From the NCBI RefSeq assembly GCF_006345805.1, contig NC_043000.1, positions 87,668,001 to 87,732,000 of the forward strand: a stretch of DNA of 64,000 nucleotides, written 5' to 3'. The DNA comes from Octopus sinensis (lineage: Eukaryota). Under the pieces are notes generated by a model that saw only the letters and a program-made list of their open reading frames with translations, had not been told where the DNA came from and ran no database searches. Positions 63,612 through 64,000 of this stretch are shown in pieces (the first letter of the stretch is position 1; each line of letters starts with the position of its first letter). Made by a program: the position numbers and the translations under genes.

Positions 63612-64000
63612 GCACTCCGGTGGCATGTAAAAGCATCCATTATACTCTCGGAGTGGTTGGCCTTAGGGAGGGCATCCAGCAGTAGAAAACCATGCCAAAT
63701 CAGACTGAAGTCTGGTGCAGCCTTCCAGCATGCCAGGCCAGTCAAACCATCCAGTCCATGCAAGCATGGACAATGGATGTTAAATAATGTTGATGATGAT
63801 ATATATGCATATATATATACATATACATTTATATATATATATCATCATCATTTAGCGTCCGCTTTCCATGCTAGCATGGGTTAGACAGTTCAACTGGGGT
63901 CTGTGAAGCCAGAAGGCTGCATCAGGCCCAGTCTGATCTGGCAGTGTTTCTACGGCTGGATGCCCTTCCTGATGCCAACCACTCTGTGAGTGTAGTGGGT
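63612..64000. mobile_element. Tail-to-tail inverted pair of family C repeats
   Basis: Plus copy 63612-63800 ending (gat)n, a ~40-nt AT spacer, then a minus copy from 63841 to the window end. Confidence 0.8.

Overview
AT-rich, repeat-dominated eukaryotic DNA. The SINE, LINE and microsatellite content looks like an octopus (coleoid cephalopod) genome; this is inference from the repeat families. The one host gene supported is the 3' part of focadhesin (FOCAD/KIAA1797) on the minus strand. Six coding exons (63414-63163, 60753-60554, 53297-53120, 44926-44684, 38561-38486, 29310-29207) splice in frame to a stop at 29207, and one intron has a GC donor. The rest is transposon-derived: Penelope-like elements (PLEs), RTE, CR1-like, R4/Dong-like and L1/Tx1-like LINE fragments, three mariners, a Tc1, a non-autonomous Helitron, MITEs, several SINE families and microsatellites. 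The main result of the hunt is about a dozen type I hammerhead-ribozyme (HHR) motifs from several unrelated families. They include a ~340-bp tandem retrozyme-like unit with a 36-bp rod extension in the last FOCAD intron, interrupted inside HHR helix I by an L1/Tx1-like insertion with an 11-bp target-site duplication; a second HHR-containing 326-bp tandem unit; a canonical HHR at 14.6 kb; an HHR with a long helix II; and PLE HHRs carrying the compensatory U3-A8 core variant. Other signals are a near-perfect 101-bp intronic hairpin, a five-fold CCAAT+CRE promoter array in a PLE pseudo-LTR, and a CpG-content boundary near 21.7 kb. All alignments and folds were done by eye. No database search or folding program was run, and repeat boundaries are approximate.
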